Part shown: positions 8,834-19,527 of the stretch, in pieces
How the letters are laid out: the number at the start of each line of letters is the position of its first letter
Numbering within the stretch: position 1 is the stretch's first letter
Sequence record: NZ_CP102531.1
Source of the DNA: a plasmid
Length of the DNA: 64,000 nucleotides
Reading direction: 5' to 3' (one strand)
Notes under the pieces: generated by a model
Databases searched by the model: none
What the model was told of the DNA's origin: nothing
The model's input: the letters and a program-made list of their open reading frames with translations, nothing else
Made by a program: the position numbers and the translations under genes

Positions 8834-9979
8834 TTACGAATTTGGGTTGTTACTTTCCCCTAATGTACTCAGGGCATGTTCAAATGTTTTAACGGTTTGC
8901 TTAGCTTGCTGACGCTTGTCTGCAGGTTGTTTCGGATCGCTTGCAATCTTGTTAAAAGCATCAATACCAGCCGCATACTTTTTCCCGACTTCAATCGCTT
9001 GGCTAATGGTTGAGTCCTTTAGTTTGTCGTTGATTTTTTGAGCTTTGTCGAAGTCCTTTTGCCGCACATACCCCAGCGCAATCACCTCTGATAGTGTTTT
9101 GCTCTTGAGCTGCTCGTTAATCAGCTCAGCGGCATCGAATTGCTTAGTGTGAACATAGGCAATGGCGAGTTTGGCTTGGCGCTCCTGAGATAGCGTCACA
9201 CGATTACTCATCGCGATGACCTTTGAATAATCGTGTTGCAGGTAAGCAAGATCAAACAGTGTCTCAGCTTTTGGGTAGATACGTTGAAACTTAGCGAGTT
9301 GCTTCACGTTACTTTGATCTGTGAGGGTTTTACGCACATCGTCCCGTCGATTCGGATACAACTTACCTGCTTGAAGATAGTCCCCCTTCTTAATCAGGGA
9401 GGTGTAGCTTGGGGCTGCGTTGTACGCATCAACGACTAGTTTTGTTCCAAACAAAAAACCGCCTGCTATTATCAGCAAAACGGCAATGGTTATCAGGTGT
9501 TTGAGAAACGATCGACTAACTTTTGGTAATGAAATTGAAGGTAATTTGATAGCAGTTCGTTTCGGTTTTTTGGCAACGGTTCTACGTGATCGGTTACGTG
9601 TCCTTTTTGGGGTTGTATCAGCCGCCAACGAGTCAGTAAAAACAGGTTCGGATGCAGAATCCGGTTCAGTTTCATTTGCTACTGAAACGTCTGTTGCTGG
9701 TGGTGAAATTACCTCTTGCCGCTGAGAAATTAAGTCTGTGATCAGATCTTCAATTTTCCCTTCAATCGGTAGCTTAATCTTGACGGAAAAGGCAACTTGG
9801 TCACGGTGATAGGCCGTGATTTGGCAGCTACCATGTTGCGCTAAATCAAACAGGTGATCACTAGCCGCTTGTAACTGTGCTAGCCCATCATCAAACGGTT
9901 GCGGGTCGGTTGCTAACGCGATCCCCTCTTGATTGGTAATCTTGATGGTGTCAGTCTCTTTATCTTTTTTCCGACCCAC
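8834..9979 (-). CDS. conjugation-associated membrane protein (381 aa), single TM plus repeat-rich C-terminal domain
   Basis: Central TM helix ITIAVLLIIAGGFLFG; C-terminal repeated K/D-FDKAQ helices; position inside the T4SS operon. Confidence 0.4.
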   Translation of the reverse strand: MGRKKDKETDTIKITNQEGIALATDPQPFDDGLAQLQAASDHLFDLAQHGSCQITAYHRDQVAFSVKIKLPIEGKIEDLITDLISQRQEVISPPATDVSVANETEPDSASEPVFTDSLAADTTPKRTRNRSRRTVAKKPKRTAIKLPSISLPKVSRSFLKHLITIAVLLIIAGGFLFGTKLVVDAYNAAPSYTSLIKKGDYLQAGKLYPNRRDDVRKTLTDQSNVKQLAKFQRIYPKAETLFDLAYLQHDYSKVIAMSNRVTLSQERQAKLAIAYVHTKQFDAAELINEQLKSKTLSEVIALGYVRQKDFDKAQKINDKLKDSTISQAIEVGKKYAAGIDAFNKIASDPKQPADKRQQAKQTVKTFEHALSTLGESNNPNS

Positions 9980-10014
9980 ATCAGTCCCTCCTTTCCATGT
10001 CTTTTACATCATCA

Positions 10015-10245
10015 TTAATGAAACCCAGGGGCTTCATCATGTCCTTCTTTTTTAAGTAGCTTCGCAATGTCTTCATAAGTTAGATGGCTCTCAGATAACA
10101 ACGCGTCAACCTTATCGGCTTTTAAGACTTTGAGATCACGCCTAGCGGCCGTCAGTTGTTGCTGCACCTTTTTTTGCTGCTCTTCTAGTTCTTTGATCCG
10201 GTTCTCTTTACTCTTGATTCGCTTTTCCAGACTCGTACTTGCCAT
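10015..10245 (-). CDS. small coiled-coil protein (76 aa)
   Basis: ORF track; heptad-rich sequence; no family assigned. Confidence 0.35.
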   Translation of the reverse strand: MASTSLEKRIKSKENRIKELEEQQKKVQQQLTAARRDLKVLKADKVDALLSESHLTYEDIAKLLKKEGHDEAPGFH

Positions 10246-10262
10246 TATTGATCGCTCCTTTA

Positions 10263-10787
10263 TTAGTCATGACTTGCCTGTGATTGATTGAGACGATATA
10301 GCGTGCACCCAATTATCTTTTGCTGCTTCATCGGCAAGCGCAGCACTATATCGTTTTTAATCCTGTTGCCGTCGCTGGTGATAGTGTATTCTAACCGCGC
10401 CATTGCGATTGTTTCGGAACCTACTTGTGTATAAGTAACCTCGCGATGCTGGTACGTCACCTTATAAGACAGATCCGGACCAACACCCGCTTTACCAATA
10501 TTAGCCGGTGGTACGATTTGAGAAGCTATCGCTTTGGTCGATAGCTTCTCAAGCTGATCGTGTCGTTTTTGTTGATCCGCACGATATCCAAAAACTAAAT
10601 CCGCAAAAACAAGGACTCTTTTATCTACCTTTTTTGATTCACCGCCTGTTATTGCGTTCAGATGCGTTTTTGTTTCTTGTAAGACGCTTTGACTGTCCGA
10701 CCAACGATACCAGCCTACGACCATCAAAACCGTTATTAGCACGGCATACAGCGGTAATAGCCAGTGGCGCCATCTGTGTCCTTCCAT
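10263..10787 (-). CDS. VirB8-like T4SS protein (PrgL/TraH-like), 174 aa
   Basis: Single N-terminal TM helix then a soluble domain; lies directly downstream of the PrgK-like hydrolase, as prgL does in pCF10-type systems. Confidence 0.45.
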   Translation of the reverse strand: MEGHRWRHWLLPLYAVLITVLMVVGWYRWSDSQSVLQETKTHLNAITGGESKKVDKRVLVFADLVFGYRADQQKRHDQLEKLSTKAIASQIVPPANIGKAGVGPDLSYKVTYQHREVTYTQVGSETIAMARLEYTITSDGNRIKNDIVLRLPMKQQKIIGCTLYRLNQSQASHD

Positions 10788-10800
10788 CGTCTTCCTCCTT

Positions 10801-13278
10801 TTACCGTGGGTGAATATAGGTGTAAGCTCCCACGTTTCCTAACGTTTGCAAATTTGGCCCTGGTTGCTGCTTGAAGCCCGTTCCTCCCTGAGAGATGGTA
10901 ATCGTCCCTTTATCCGAATCCACTGATTCCACATACGCCACATGCCCGTATACCGGGTCTGCCTGCCAATTACCAACCATTTGGCCTGCGGCAAAACTGA
11001 CCAATGCCCCTTGTTGAGGGGTATGATCGACGCTGAATCCTGCGGCGGCTGCTGAGCTACCCCAGTCAGCACCATTGCCCCAGTTATTAGCAGCCCATCC
11101 GGATCTGGCTTTTGCCCACCACGTACACTGACCTACAGGATAAGAATTACCACCATTATGCAGCGTGATATTACCGATTGAGTTACCACTCTTGAATCCA
11201 AAAATGGCTAAAAGTTTGTTGACGTTGGGTACCCAGTTAAGATTCAGATTGTTAGGGTCATTAATGGCGCCAATAGGTGCATAGGCGGCGCCTAACTTCT
11301 GGACAGTATTCAAACCACGGGTAACAACTAAGTTATGCAACGTGTTCCCGGTGGCATCAATTCCGCCTTCTAAGGATGGATAGGCAATAATGGTTCCCCC
11401 GCTCATCTGACCACTAGGATTATTAGCACCACGTACTGCTGCACTGGTTCCCCAAGAGGACTCAGTTCCCATGATAGCGGCAATTAGAGCGGGATTGACG
11501 CCCGCTTTCTTAGCAGCATCAATTGAGTAGCTTTCTTTGTCTGCTAAAACGCCATTAGAAAAATACTTAACCCAGGCAGCGTGAAATTTATTAGCATCGA
11601 AATCCTGACCAGTTAAATCGCCTCCACTTGTAACTAGTCCATAGGTAGTCGCATACGTGTATTTCACATTTGGTAAAGCAAAGGCAGGATTTAATTCTTC
11701 CTCAACTGGTGGCAAAGGTGCTGAACTTGCCGCAACGGTTGAACTGAAAGCGGAGGAAGAGTTTTCTGAAGATAAACCTGGTGCCTGAGAGACGCTTTCT
11801 GAGGTGCTTGACAATGATGACGTTGATGAAGACTCGTCAGGAGCGCTCTGCTGCGTGATTTTGATAAGCTGAAGAGTGATGTTCTTTTCGCTAATTCCGA
11901 TTTGATCTCCTTTCTTGATTTCCTGGTTTGGTTTGACCGTCACGGCTTTGAGCCCACCGGTCACGGTTTGTTTACCATCAGTTGCGATCGTCACACTACT
12001 ATTTCCAACTGCTGTGACGGTTCCTGACATGACAGCGACAATCTTTTTCCCAGTTTCGCTTGAAATCCGGATGTGATTGGACATATTCTTTTGTCCGCCA
12101 CGCATTCGCCAGGCGTACCGATCGTTGACCATGATTGTTGCATTCTGATCTTCAAAGGGCGACCCTAAAATTTCTTGCGTTCGATATTGACCCACTTGGC
12201 CCATTGCATCTAGCCGGTCTTTATCATCTTGTGAGAGTGCTTTAGGATGGTTCTTCTCCCACTCATCAAAGCTAGACAAATTGACGGTCACAGTTTTTGA
12301 ATCAACTGTGACCGACATCATTTGATCATGTAATTTTTTTATCTTTTGTTTGAACGCATCGTCGACTGTAAAGTCATCATATTTAATCGACAAGTAGGCC
12401 AACTCACGGTCAAAGTCAGAGATTAATTCAATCCCGTCTGTTGTTGCTTCCTGACCATTGATAATCAGTGAACGTCCGTTTCCGTCCGTGTTAGCCATAC
12501 TGTCAATGACCTTCTTAGTGGCATCAGTGTCCAACTCCGTAATGTAACTGTAGGCATCAGTTAAGGGCTTAGAATCGGCTGTGGTCGACATCGTAGGCAC
12601 CAACCAGCCAAACATGGAACTCATCAAGGCGATCAGACCAAACACAAGTCCCACTAATAGGAGAATAGCCATCGACTTGATCACGACTGGTAGCATCAGA
12701 ATGGCCTTTAACAGATGCCTGATTGAACTAATAGGATGACGCCACGAGAAGGTAGCACCCTTTAAAGCACGCTGCTTCATCATTTTTCTGACGGATTTAC
12801 GGCTGTATGAAGTTTGAACTGGCTTACCTAACTTTTTTGCTAGTCGCTTGCCTTTACGATTCCTATGGCGCTTCAACCGGGCTTTTAAGCGGCTCCCTCC
12901 TTGCGTTGTCTTTGACAACGTTTGGTAGGTTGGATCGTTTTGCTCTTCATTTTGCTGACCATTGGTAGCTGCCAGTACCGTACTCTTCTTAGCCGTTTCA
13001 ATCGCGCCATGTTGAAGCGCTTCTCTACTACGGTGCCGAAAGCGTTTGACCCAACTAGCCTGTTTCTTTTTATGCTTAGCGTTTTGTGCTAAAAGGCCAC
13101 GCCTAAACTGCCCTTTTTTTCGGACAAAAGGTTTGCCACCAAAGCCGCCAACGCCTTGTATGCGATATTTGTTACCGCGCAAGGCTTTCTTAAACCGGCT
13201 CGGATCACTACTGACTAAAGTGTCTTTAGGGTCATGATGCTGCTTATTAAGCAGCATGTCTTTCCAATTATTCGCCAC
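10801..13278 (-). CDS. T4SS cell-wall hydrolase (PrgK/TraG-like) with transglycosylase-like and C-terminal CHAP domains, 825 aa
   Basis: Basic N-terminus, TM helix, GTESSWG glycosidase-like segment, C-terminal CHAP motif (QCTWWAKARSGW ... GHVAYVES). Confidence 0.75.
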   Translation of the reverse strand: MANNWKDMLLNKQHHDPKDTLVSSDPSRFKKALRGNKYRIQGVGGFGGKPFVRKKGQFRRGLLAQNAKHKKKQASWVKRFRHRSREALQHGAIETAKKSTVLAATNGQQNEEQNDPTYQTLSKTTQGGSRLKARLKRHRNRKGKRLAKKLGKPVQTSYSRKSVRKMMKQRALKGATFSWRHPISSIRHLLKAILMLPVVIKSMAILLLVGLVFGLIALMSSMFGWLVPTMSTTADSKPLTDAYSYITELDTDATKKVIDSMANTDGNGRSLIINGQEATTDGIELISDFDRELAYLSIKYDDFTVDDAFKQKIKKLHDQMMSVTVDSKTVTVNLSSFDEWEKNHPKALSQDDKDRLDAMGQVGQYRTQEILGSPFEDQNATIMVNDRYAWRMRGGQKNMSNHIRISSETGKKIVAVMSGTVTAVGNSSVTIATDGKQTVTGGLKAVTVKPNQEIKKGDQIGISEKNITLQLIKITQQSAPDESSSTSSLSSTSESVSQAPGLSSENSSSAFSSTVAASSAPLPPVEEELNPAFALPNVKYTYATTYGLVTSGGDLTGQDFDANKFHAAWVKYFSNGVLADKESYSIDAAKKAGVNPALIAAIMGTESSWGTSAAVRGANNPSGQMSGGTIIAYPSLEGGIDATGNTLHNLVVTRGLNTVQKLGAAYAPIGAINDPNNLNLNWVPNVNKLLAIFGFKSGNSIGNITLHNGGNSYPVGQCTWWAKARSGWAANNWGNGADWGSSAAAAGFSVDHTPQQGALVSFAAGQMVGNWQADPVYGHVAYVESVDSDKGTITISQGGTGFKQQPGPNLQTLGNVGAYTYIHPR

Positions 13279-15751
13279 TCACCTCGCCCCCATCCTCATG
13301 CAGTTTCTTGCGGGAAATATATTGCTCCATGTCCTCTGGTTTCGTGGACATAATCTTATAAAGCTTGGTCTTTTTCGGAAAGTCATTCTCAAATGGAATG
13401 ACGGCGTCACCCGCAATCATCAAGCCATGGCCGGAGTCGGCATTGGTGATATAGCCTTCCTCCTGTTCAGACAGATGCAGCATTTCTGTGAGCTGATCAC
13501 GGTCATTGGCAGCTTGGTCAAGCAAAAGCACAAATTCACTGTTAGACAACATGCGGCGGGCATTATCACTCAGTAGCAAGGTTTCAACGTTTTGCGTAAT
13601 CCCAGTAGGCAACGCGCCCCATTTACGGGCACGCGACCACAATTCAAAGAAGTAGTTAGATGCAAATTCATTGCTCAAGAGCAGCTGCATTTCATCAACG
13701 TAAATCCACGTCCGTTTGCCTGAGTTCCGGTTCTTTGTAATCCGGTTCCAGATTTGGTCAAGCACAATCAACATACCCATTGACCGCAGGTTCTTACCTA
13801 AATCCTTGACGTCATAGACAACCACTGAATTGTCGTTGTCTACGTTCGTTTGATGCGCAAAAACAGACAACGACCCTTCAATATATGGCTCAAGCTCAAG
13901 CGCAATTTGCTTTCCCTCTTCTTCGGGCTGTTGTTTAAGGGTATTTGATAGATCAACCATCGTTGGCATCGCTGTATGCTGCTCAAAATAGCGTTGATAT
14001 GTTAACCGACAAGCACGATCAATCAAAGTCCGGCGTTCGGCTGACAGCCCGTTTTTACCACCGAGTAACATGTCGCACATAGACAAAATGAAGTCTGTTT
14101 TGAAAATGACAGGGTCTTCATCGTCACCATAATCTTCATTGATTTCCATTGGATTGATATGCGCTGCGGCACCTTGAGAGATCGGTATGACTTCGCCACC
14201 CAGCGCTTGTGTAACAGCTGAATACTCACGCTCTGGATCAATAATCAACACTTCGGAGTCAGCATCACGTAACCGTACAGACAGCATTTCCTGCTTGCTG
14301 GCAAATGACTTACCAGCACCGGGACGACCTAAAATCATGCCGTTACCAGCTTTCAAGTTCCGACGATCCGCAGTCACTAGGTTTTGAGTAACTTGATTGA
14401 CGCCATAAACTAGACCGCTACTGTCACTTAGCTCTTGAGCAGTAAATGGTATAAAAATCGCGGCCGCTGAGGTTGTCAGTGTCCGCGATACTGGCACATA
14501 ATTTTGTCCCCACATGAGCACAGAATTAAGGGCTTGTTCTTGGAGATAATCGAGATTTGCAAATTCGCAGCTATGTCTACGACCGGCCGCTTTAACTTGC
14601 TCGATAATCTCATCAAGCTGTTGATCGGTCTTTCCCTGTGCCATGACGAGGAATGTCACGTCAAAGAGTTGCTGGTTATCGTCTTGCATCTGTTGGAGCA
14701 AGTCCTCAGCTTCATCAAGGCTGTGCGTCAGGTTCTCCGGTAGAATATCAGGATCATACCCCGCTTTCATCGCCTTCTGCTGCTCATCAGCTTTCTGCTT
14801 CTGCATAAAGCCTTTCTTCGTCTGCACCATCTTCATGCCTTTTACTGGATCGATAGGGTGAATTTGAATGGCAATCTCCAAGTCCGCCATAATATCCGTT
14901 AAATCAGTAATCAGACGATCGCTGATTTCGGGTGGATAATCTCGCAAGTACAACACTTGTGCAACTTGGTCCCCCATTGTAAAACGGTTCTTTGCGTGTT
15001 TGAAATTGAAGCTGGTTGGTGCAATTACTGAGTGTGTCGTCAAGCCACTATATTTGAGATCGTCATAGTCAAAATGCAACACACTGCCAGGCCTCAATGT
15101 GGCATTAGCAAGTTGGAGTCGGCGCAAACCATTCAACGGACGCGCTGTTGATCCCATTTGATGAAAACTGGTAACCACATTCGCCTGTAGTTGATTCAAA
15201 CTGGTTTTAGCACGTTGTCGATCATCAGCATGTTGCGTAAAGGTTACGTACTTCTCCTTTAGGAGACTCGTATTGCCGCTTTCAACTCTTTCTCGCATGA
15301 TGTGGTTCATCTCATCACGGAGCGCGTTGAGATCATCAGGTCGATGCTTGAAGGACGTCTCCTGCATGAACTGGCGAATGTCCTTTCGCCTATTGATGAT
15401 GTTAATCTGAACAGTCGATTCACTGTCAAAGCCATTAAGAAACTCTGCATATTTGCTAAAGATGTCACTTTGATGATCGCGATCGCTAATTTGATAGTTA
15501 ATATCGGAGATCGCAACACTCTTAGAAAAAACACCTGGTGCCACTTCACAGAGGCCGTCTTCATACATGGCACGATAAGCTAAACTGTCTTGAGTTGCTC
15601 TTGATGGTGCATTTTTCCGCTCTTGCTTGCCACGTTCCTTTTTGTGGCGTTGTAACAACTTCAAGGCTTTACTATGGCCTGTCTTCTTTGTATTCTTTGA
15701 TCTTTCCTCGGTTCTTGTGAACATGAAGGCTAACCTCCCTTCGATTTTCAT
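13268..15751 (-). CDS. VirB4-family T4SS ATPase (PrgJ/TraE-like), 827 aa
   Basis: Walker A GRPGAGKS; size and position. Confidence 0.85.
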   Translation of the reverse strand: MKIEGRLAFMFTRTEERSKNTKKTGHSKALKLLQRHKKERGKQERKNAPSRATQDSLAYRAMYEDGLCEVAPGVFSKSVAISDINYQISDRDHQSDIFSKYAEFLNGFDSESTVQINIINRRKDIRQFMQETSFKHRPDDLNALRDEMNHIMRERVESGNTSLLKEKYVTFTQHADDRQRAKTSLNQLQANVVTSFHQMGSTARPLNGLRRLQLANATLRPGSVLHFDYDDLKYSGLTTHSVIAPTSFNFKHAKNRFTMGDQVAQVLYLRDYPPEISDRLITDLTDIMADLEIAIQIHPIDPVKGMKMVQTKKGFMQKQKADEQQKAMKAGYDPDILPENLTHSLDEAEDLLQQMQDDNQQLFDVTFLVMAQGKTDQQLDEIIEQVKAAGRRHSCEFANLDYLQEQALNSVLMWGQNYVPVSRTLTTSAAAIFIPFTAQELSDSSGLVYGVNQVTQNLVTADRRNLKAGNGMILGRPGAGKSFASKQEMLSVRLRDADSEVLIIDPEREYSAVTQALGGEVIPISQGAAAHINPMEINEDYGDDEDPVIFKTDFILSMCDMLLGGKNGLSAERRTLIDRACRLTYQRYFEQHTAMPTMVDLSNTLKQQPEEEGKQIALELEPYIEGSLSVFAHQTNVDNDNSVVVYDVKDLGKNLRSMGMLIVLDQIWNRITKNRNSGKRTWIYVDEMQLLLSNEFASNYFFELWSRARKWGALPTGITQNVETLLLSDNARRMLSNSEFVLLLDQAANDRDQLTEMLHLSEQEEGYITNADSGHGLMIAGDAVIPFENDFPKKTKLYKIMSTKPEDMEQYISRKKLHEDGGEVSGE

Positions 15752-16043
15752 AAATTCTTAGCCCGTTCATTTGTTGGTAATGCAAGATGATGCCGATATA
15801 CTTTTCTAATGGCATTCCTTTTGGCCTGATCCAGCCAAATGCCAACACTGGCATATCCAATGGGATTAGCACATTACCGGCACTATCCATTGACCAGTGC
15901 AACTTCCAGACCAGGAAATAGATAATGCCCGCTGAATAGATGAATGCGATCGTGGCACAGATTAGTTGCCGCAAATCCATTGTGCCTATGATACGTTCTT
16001 TGTAGGTCTTGATTTCTTTGGGTACTCTCACGCGTAAAGCCAC
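15672..16043 (-). CDS. VirB3-like small membrane protein (PrgI-like), 123 aa
   Basis: Hydrophobic hairpin; directly upstream of and overlapping the VirB4 gene, as prgI does in pCF10. Confidence 0.5.
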   Translation of the reverse strand: MALRVRVPKEIKTYKERIIGTMDLRQLICATIAFIYSAGIIYFLVWKLHWSMDSAGNVLIPLDMPVLAFGWIRPKGMPLEKYIGIILHYQQMNGLRIYENRREVSLHVHKNRGKIKEYKEDRP

Positions 16044-16060
16044 TGTTACTCACTCCTTTC

Positions 16061-16912
16061 CTACATTGCTGTTGTCAGCGACTTCGCCCATGAGTTTGTT
16101 TGGAAGACCGCAAAAATTAGTAGAATTGAAAATCCCATCAATGATGCTATCAATGGAAGGACGCCACTTTTATCGACATTCGCAAATGCTGTTTTCATGA
16201 GGAATGGATAGAACAGCTGCACCATATAAATGAGGGTTCCTTGTATGGATACTGCCATGAAGCTCTTGAAGAAGTTTTTAGCAATCCCTGAAAACTCATG
16301 ATGGGGCATGGTTGCAATTGGAATAGGTGACACAGCCAAAAACACATACATCTGTAAAAACCGGCCGGTGACAACAACATTAACTAAGACTGTGGCAAGC
16401 ATGGTAATGAGCATGACAAAAAGAAGAAGCACCATGATCATCAGCTTCGTCCAAAAACCTTCTTTTACTAAGGGACTATAAATATCATCAACGCTAATAA
16501 CGGTGCCCATATGTCCAGAATTCACTAACTTACCGATACCCTGTGATAGCGTGATACTCACTTGCATAATGGCATTCATGAATAAATTCATGCTATCCAT
16601 TGCAATCTTACAAAAAGCCACCTTCACTAAGGCGGCTGAAATCAGCCTGACCCCTGCATCTGATCCACCTCCCATAGCTTCTACTTGTTCCGAAATTCGA
16701 TATAGTTCTAGCAACGCAAACAACGCCAGAATCATATATCCGACCGGCATCATCACATTAGTCTGGATCGTTGTTGCGAATCCGTATAAGTCCTTGCTCC
16801 ACCCTGCCAACGTTTCGGTAATGCCGTTAGCCTTTGCGGAACCAGAAACGGAGTTCAAGATAAACTTAATAAATCCCTTGATCGTGTTATCCACGCGGTT
16901 CCGCCTCCTCAC
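16061..16912 (-). CDS. VirB6-like polytopic membrane protein (PrgH/TraL-like), 283 aa
   Basis: Multiple TM segments; position. Confidence 0.55.
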   Translation of the reverse strand: MRRRNRVDNTIKGFIKFILNSVSGSAKANGITETLAGWSKDLYGFATTIQTNVMMPVGYMILALFALLELYRISEQVEAMGGGSDAGVRLISAALVKVAFCKIAMDSMNLFMNAIMQVSITLSQGIGKLVNSGHMGTVISVDDIYSPLVKEGFWTKLMIMVLLLFVMLITMLATVLVNVVVTGRFLQMYVFLAVSPIPIATMPHHEFSGIAKNFFKSFMAVSIQGTLIYMVQLFYPFLMKTAFANVDKSGVLPLIASLMGFSILLIFAVFQTNSWAKSLTTAM

Positions 16913-16913
16913 A

Positions 16914-17120
16914 TCACGTTAGTGAAATAGAGTTGAACAATGCTCCAGCAGCAATGATTAAACCGCCACCTGCAATTGTCCAGATACCACTTTGAATACC
17001 AGGCCCATTGTGATCCTTCAAAGCACCACCAAGACCAACCAAGCCCCAAGCGGCGTAAATAGAACCACCTGCAATAGCAAATTTTGACATTAAAGAAATC
17101 GCTTGAGATAAAACGTTCAT
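16914..17120 (-). CDS. small two-TM membrane protein of the T4SS (68 aa)
   Basis: Gly/Ala-rich double TM; position. Confidence 0.4.
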   Translation of the reverse strand: MNVLSQAISLMSKFAIAGGSIYAAWGLVGLGGALKDHNGPGIQSGIWTIAGGGLIIAAGALFNSISLT

Positions 17121-17137
17121 GTGTTGTTCCTCCTTAT

Positions 17138-19033
17138 TTATCGATATGTGTCTAATAGATTGACATCAGTCAGGATATCCGAACCCTGTTCGTTCTCCTT
17201 GACGTCATCATCCTTGGTTTCCTCTTGACTGACATTAGCCAGGAAATCTGACTCTGATTTGGATTCTTCTGTTTCTACCTCACCACCTTTGTTGTTCTCG
17301 CTTTTAAGTTGAGGCTGATATACATAGTCTGAGTGATCCGTTTGAAGCTCCTTGTACCGTGGATGTTTTTCCAACGAATATTTTTGCGACAAAAATGGCG
17401 GCACACCTCTGAGCATGTAAATACTCTGGTCGCCGCCAATTCGATCGACTTCATCAGGCGCTAACAAATCACGCGCGATTTTGTCGTAGTTTTGGTTGAA
17501 TGAGCCATTATTGCCTTTGGATTCACCATAACGCTGAACGTCTATCGTTCCTTTGCCAAGAATCTTGGAAATGTACTGAGCGGTTTCACTGTCGTGTCCG
17601 CCAAGGTACAGCAGTGAATCCGAGGCACCGAGAATCGCCTGGTATGACTTTGGATAACGTTCTTTGAGCTGGCTGAGTTCCTGCACAATTGGCACACAGA
17701 AAATGCCCCGTGAACGCAAGGTATTGATACGCTTGTCAAATTGTGGAATCTGTCCACTGTTTGCAAACTCGTCCTGCCAACAAACGACTGTTTCATTAAG
17801 CCGGCCGTTGGCCTGATGGTCAGCACGTTCTACCAAAGTAGTAAACAATGTTTGGTAAACCAAGCTGACCAAGAAATTAAACGTTTCACTTTGATCAGGT
17901 AGGATCAAAAATAGAATCCGTTTCTCTTCTCCCAATTTTTCAAGTTCTAATGTATCGTCACTGGTAATATCAATAATGCTAGGCACATCAAACGGTGCTA
18001 AACGAACACCAAGGGAAATGACGATACTCATGGCTGTTTTGGCTGGTGCGAGTTTGAAGATACCATATTGTTTAAGCCCAAACGCATCCGGGAAGTCCTT
18101 TTTGAATTCTTCAAATATTAAGTCAAGTGGCGTTGTGTTCCCACCAGCGTCCTCCTCAATTGTTGCTGCTCTGACTAAGTCCAAAACATTGGGTACGTTG
18201 GCAACAACACGGTTGTCAGGATTGCCAGACTCTAAACGTAAATAATCAAACAAGGCTTGCATGAGCGCTTTTTCGCCTTTATCAAAGAACGGATCGCTTT
18301 TACTTTGCGGTGAGGTTGTGTTTTGCATGATAGCATTCACAACTTCAATGACATCATCCTCATTGTTGATATAAGCGAATACATTGAAATGATCAGTGTG
18401 TTTGCGAGTCACCAAATCAAAGACCTTAATCTTATAGCCAGACTTCTCAAAAAAGTTACCCACCCATCTAAGCGTCTGTCCTTTGGTATCAGTAACAACA
18501 TAGGAGCTGGAACGCTGCAATAGATTAGGTACGACAACGGTTCTGGTTTTACCAGAACCAGCACCCCCGATGACCGTCACAAATTGATTTCGCTGCAGTT
18601 TCATTGGCCGTTTATGATCCAAGTCATTCAAATACAGCTTTTCCGTGGCCGTCATAATCAGGTTGTTATCTGGGTTTTTGGTATCCTCAAATGGGAGAAT
18701 ATCCTTATGAGTCCCCCATTTTGCGCTCCCGTGTTCCTCACCTGGTCGATAATTTTTCTTATTGGTCAAGGCATATAAAACTACCAGCGCTACAACTGCC
18801 AGTAGAATAAGACCACCTAGGAATGGTTTGCCATTGAAAGTCGGCGGCCACCAAGAAACCTTGCCAAGATTGTTAGACACGTACAGTATTTTGTCGAGTA
18901 TAGACTTAGCGTCTTTGTCCTGGACGTTATAGGCGGCTCGCGTTAAACCACTGCCAACGATATATACCGCAGAACTACCAATAGCCACAAGGCCGAAATT
19001 CCAGACTAGGTTTTTCGCTTTTTCTTTGTCCAT
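17138..19033 (-). CDS. type IV coupling protein (VirD4/TraG/PcfC family), 631 aa
   Basis: N-terminal TM helices; Walker A VIGGAGSGKT. Confidence 0.85.
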   Translation of the reverse strand: MDKEKAKNLVWNFGLVAIGSSAVYIVGSGLTRAAYNVQDKDAKSILDKILYVSNNLGKVSWWPPTFNGKPFLGGLILLAVVALVVLYALTNKKNYRPGEEHGSAKWGTHKDILPFEDTKNPDNNLIMTATEKLYLNDLDHKRPMKLQRNQFVTVIGGAGSGKTRTVVVPNLLQRSSSYVVTDTKGQTLRWVGNFFEKSGYKIKVFDLVTRKHTDHFNVFAYINNEDDVIEVVNAIMQNTTSPQSKSDPFFDKGEKALMQALFDYLRLESGNPDNRVVANVPNVLDLVRAATIEEDAGGNTTPLDLIFEEFKKDFPDAFGLKQYGIFKLAPAKTAMSIVISLGVRLAPFDVPSIIDITSDDTLELEKLGEEKRILFLILPDQSETFNFLVSLVYQTLFTTLVERADHQANGRLNETVVCWQDEFANSGQIPQFDKRINTLRSRGIFCVPIVQELSQLKERYPKSYQAILGASDSLLYLGGHDSETAQYISKILGKGTIDVQRYGESKGNNGSFNQNYDKIARDLLAPDEVDRIGGDQSIYMLRGVPPFLSQKYSLEKHPRYKELQTDHSDYVYQPQLKSENNKGGEVETEESKSESDFLANVSQEETKDDDVKENEQGSDILTDVNLLDTYR

Positions 19034-19518
19034 CAGCGCTCACGTTCCTTGCTACGCTGTCGCGGCTTTTTCTCTTTTTGATTGCGTTCCTTTGCGGTCA
19101 CTTTAGCCTTTTCAATCTTTTCTTGAAGCGTTTGGCCGTGTTCGGGTGTTTTGTCAAAGTCCTTAACAACCTTCTGCAAAACAAGTTGAACTCGGTCTAC
19201 ATCAGCACCCTTAAAAAAGACATGGTACATGCCCGTTTCCTTGTCTCGGCGGATAGAAAAGTCAACGTGATACTTTTTAAACTTCTTTCCGAGCGCGCGC
19301 AGATCGGTTTTACTAATATCCACGTGTTCTAGCGCACCCCTTTTTTGCAATTCCGCAATGTTTTGTTTACCAGTCGTCCGCTGATGATGGATTGCTTGTT
19401 TGCTCATATCCATTGCTTTACTTGGCAACTTGACGGCCAGTGCTTTAAGGAGCGCTTGCGCGGACAAGGTGCTTAACCGTAGAACATACTCTGCTGCTTG
19501 GTTGTCCATTTGATTCAC
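19033..19518 (-). CDS. PcfB-like DUF3801 protein, 161 aa
   Basis: Pattern and position immediately upstream of the T4CP, as pcfB-pcfC in pCF10. Confidence 0.5.
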   Translation of the reverse strand: MNQMDNQAAEYVLRLSTLSAQALLKALAVKLPSKAMDMSKQAIHHQRTTGKQNIAELQKRGALEHVDISKTDLRALGKKFKKYHVDFSIRRDKETGMYHVFFKGADVDRVQLVLQKVVKDFDKTPEHGQTLQEKIEKAKVTAKERNQKEKKPRQRSKERER

Positions 19519-19527
19519 CTACCCTTT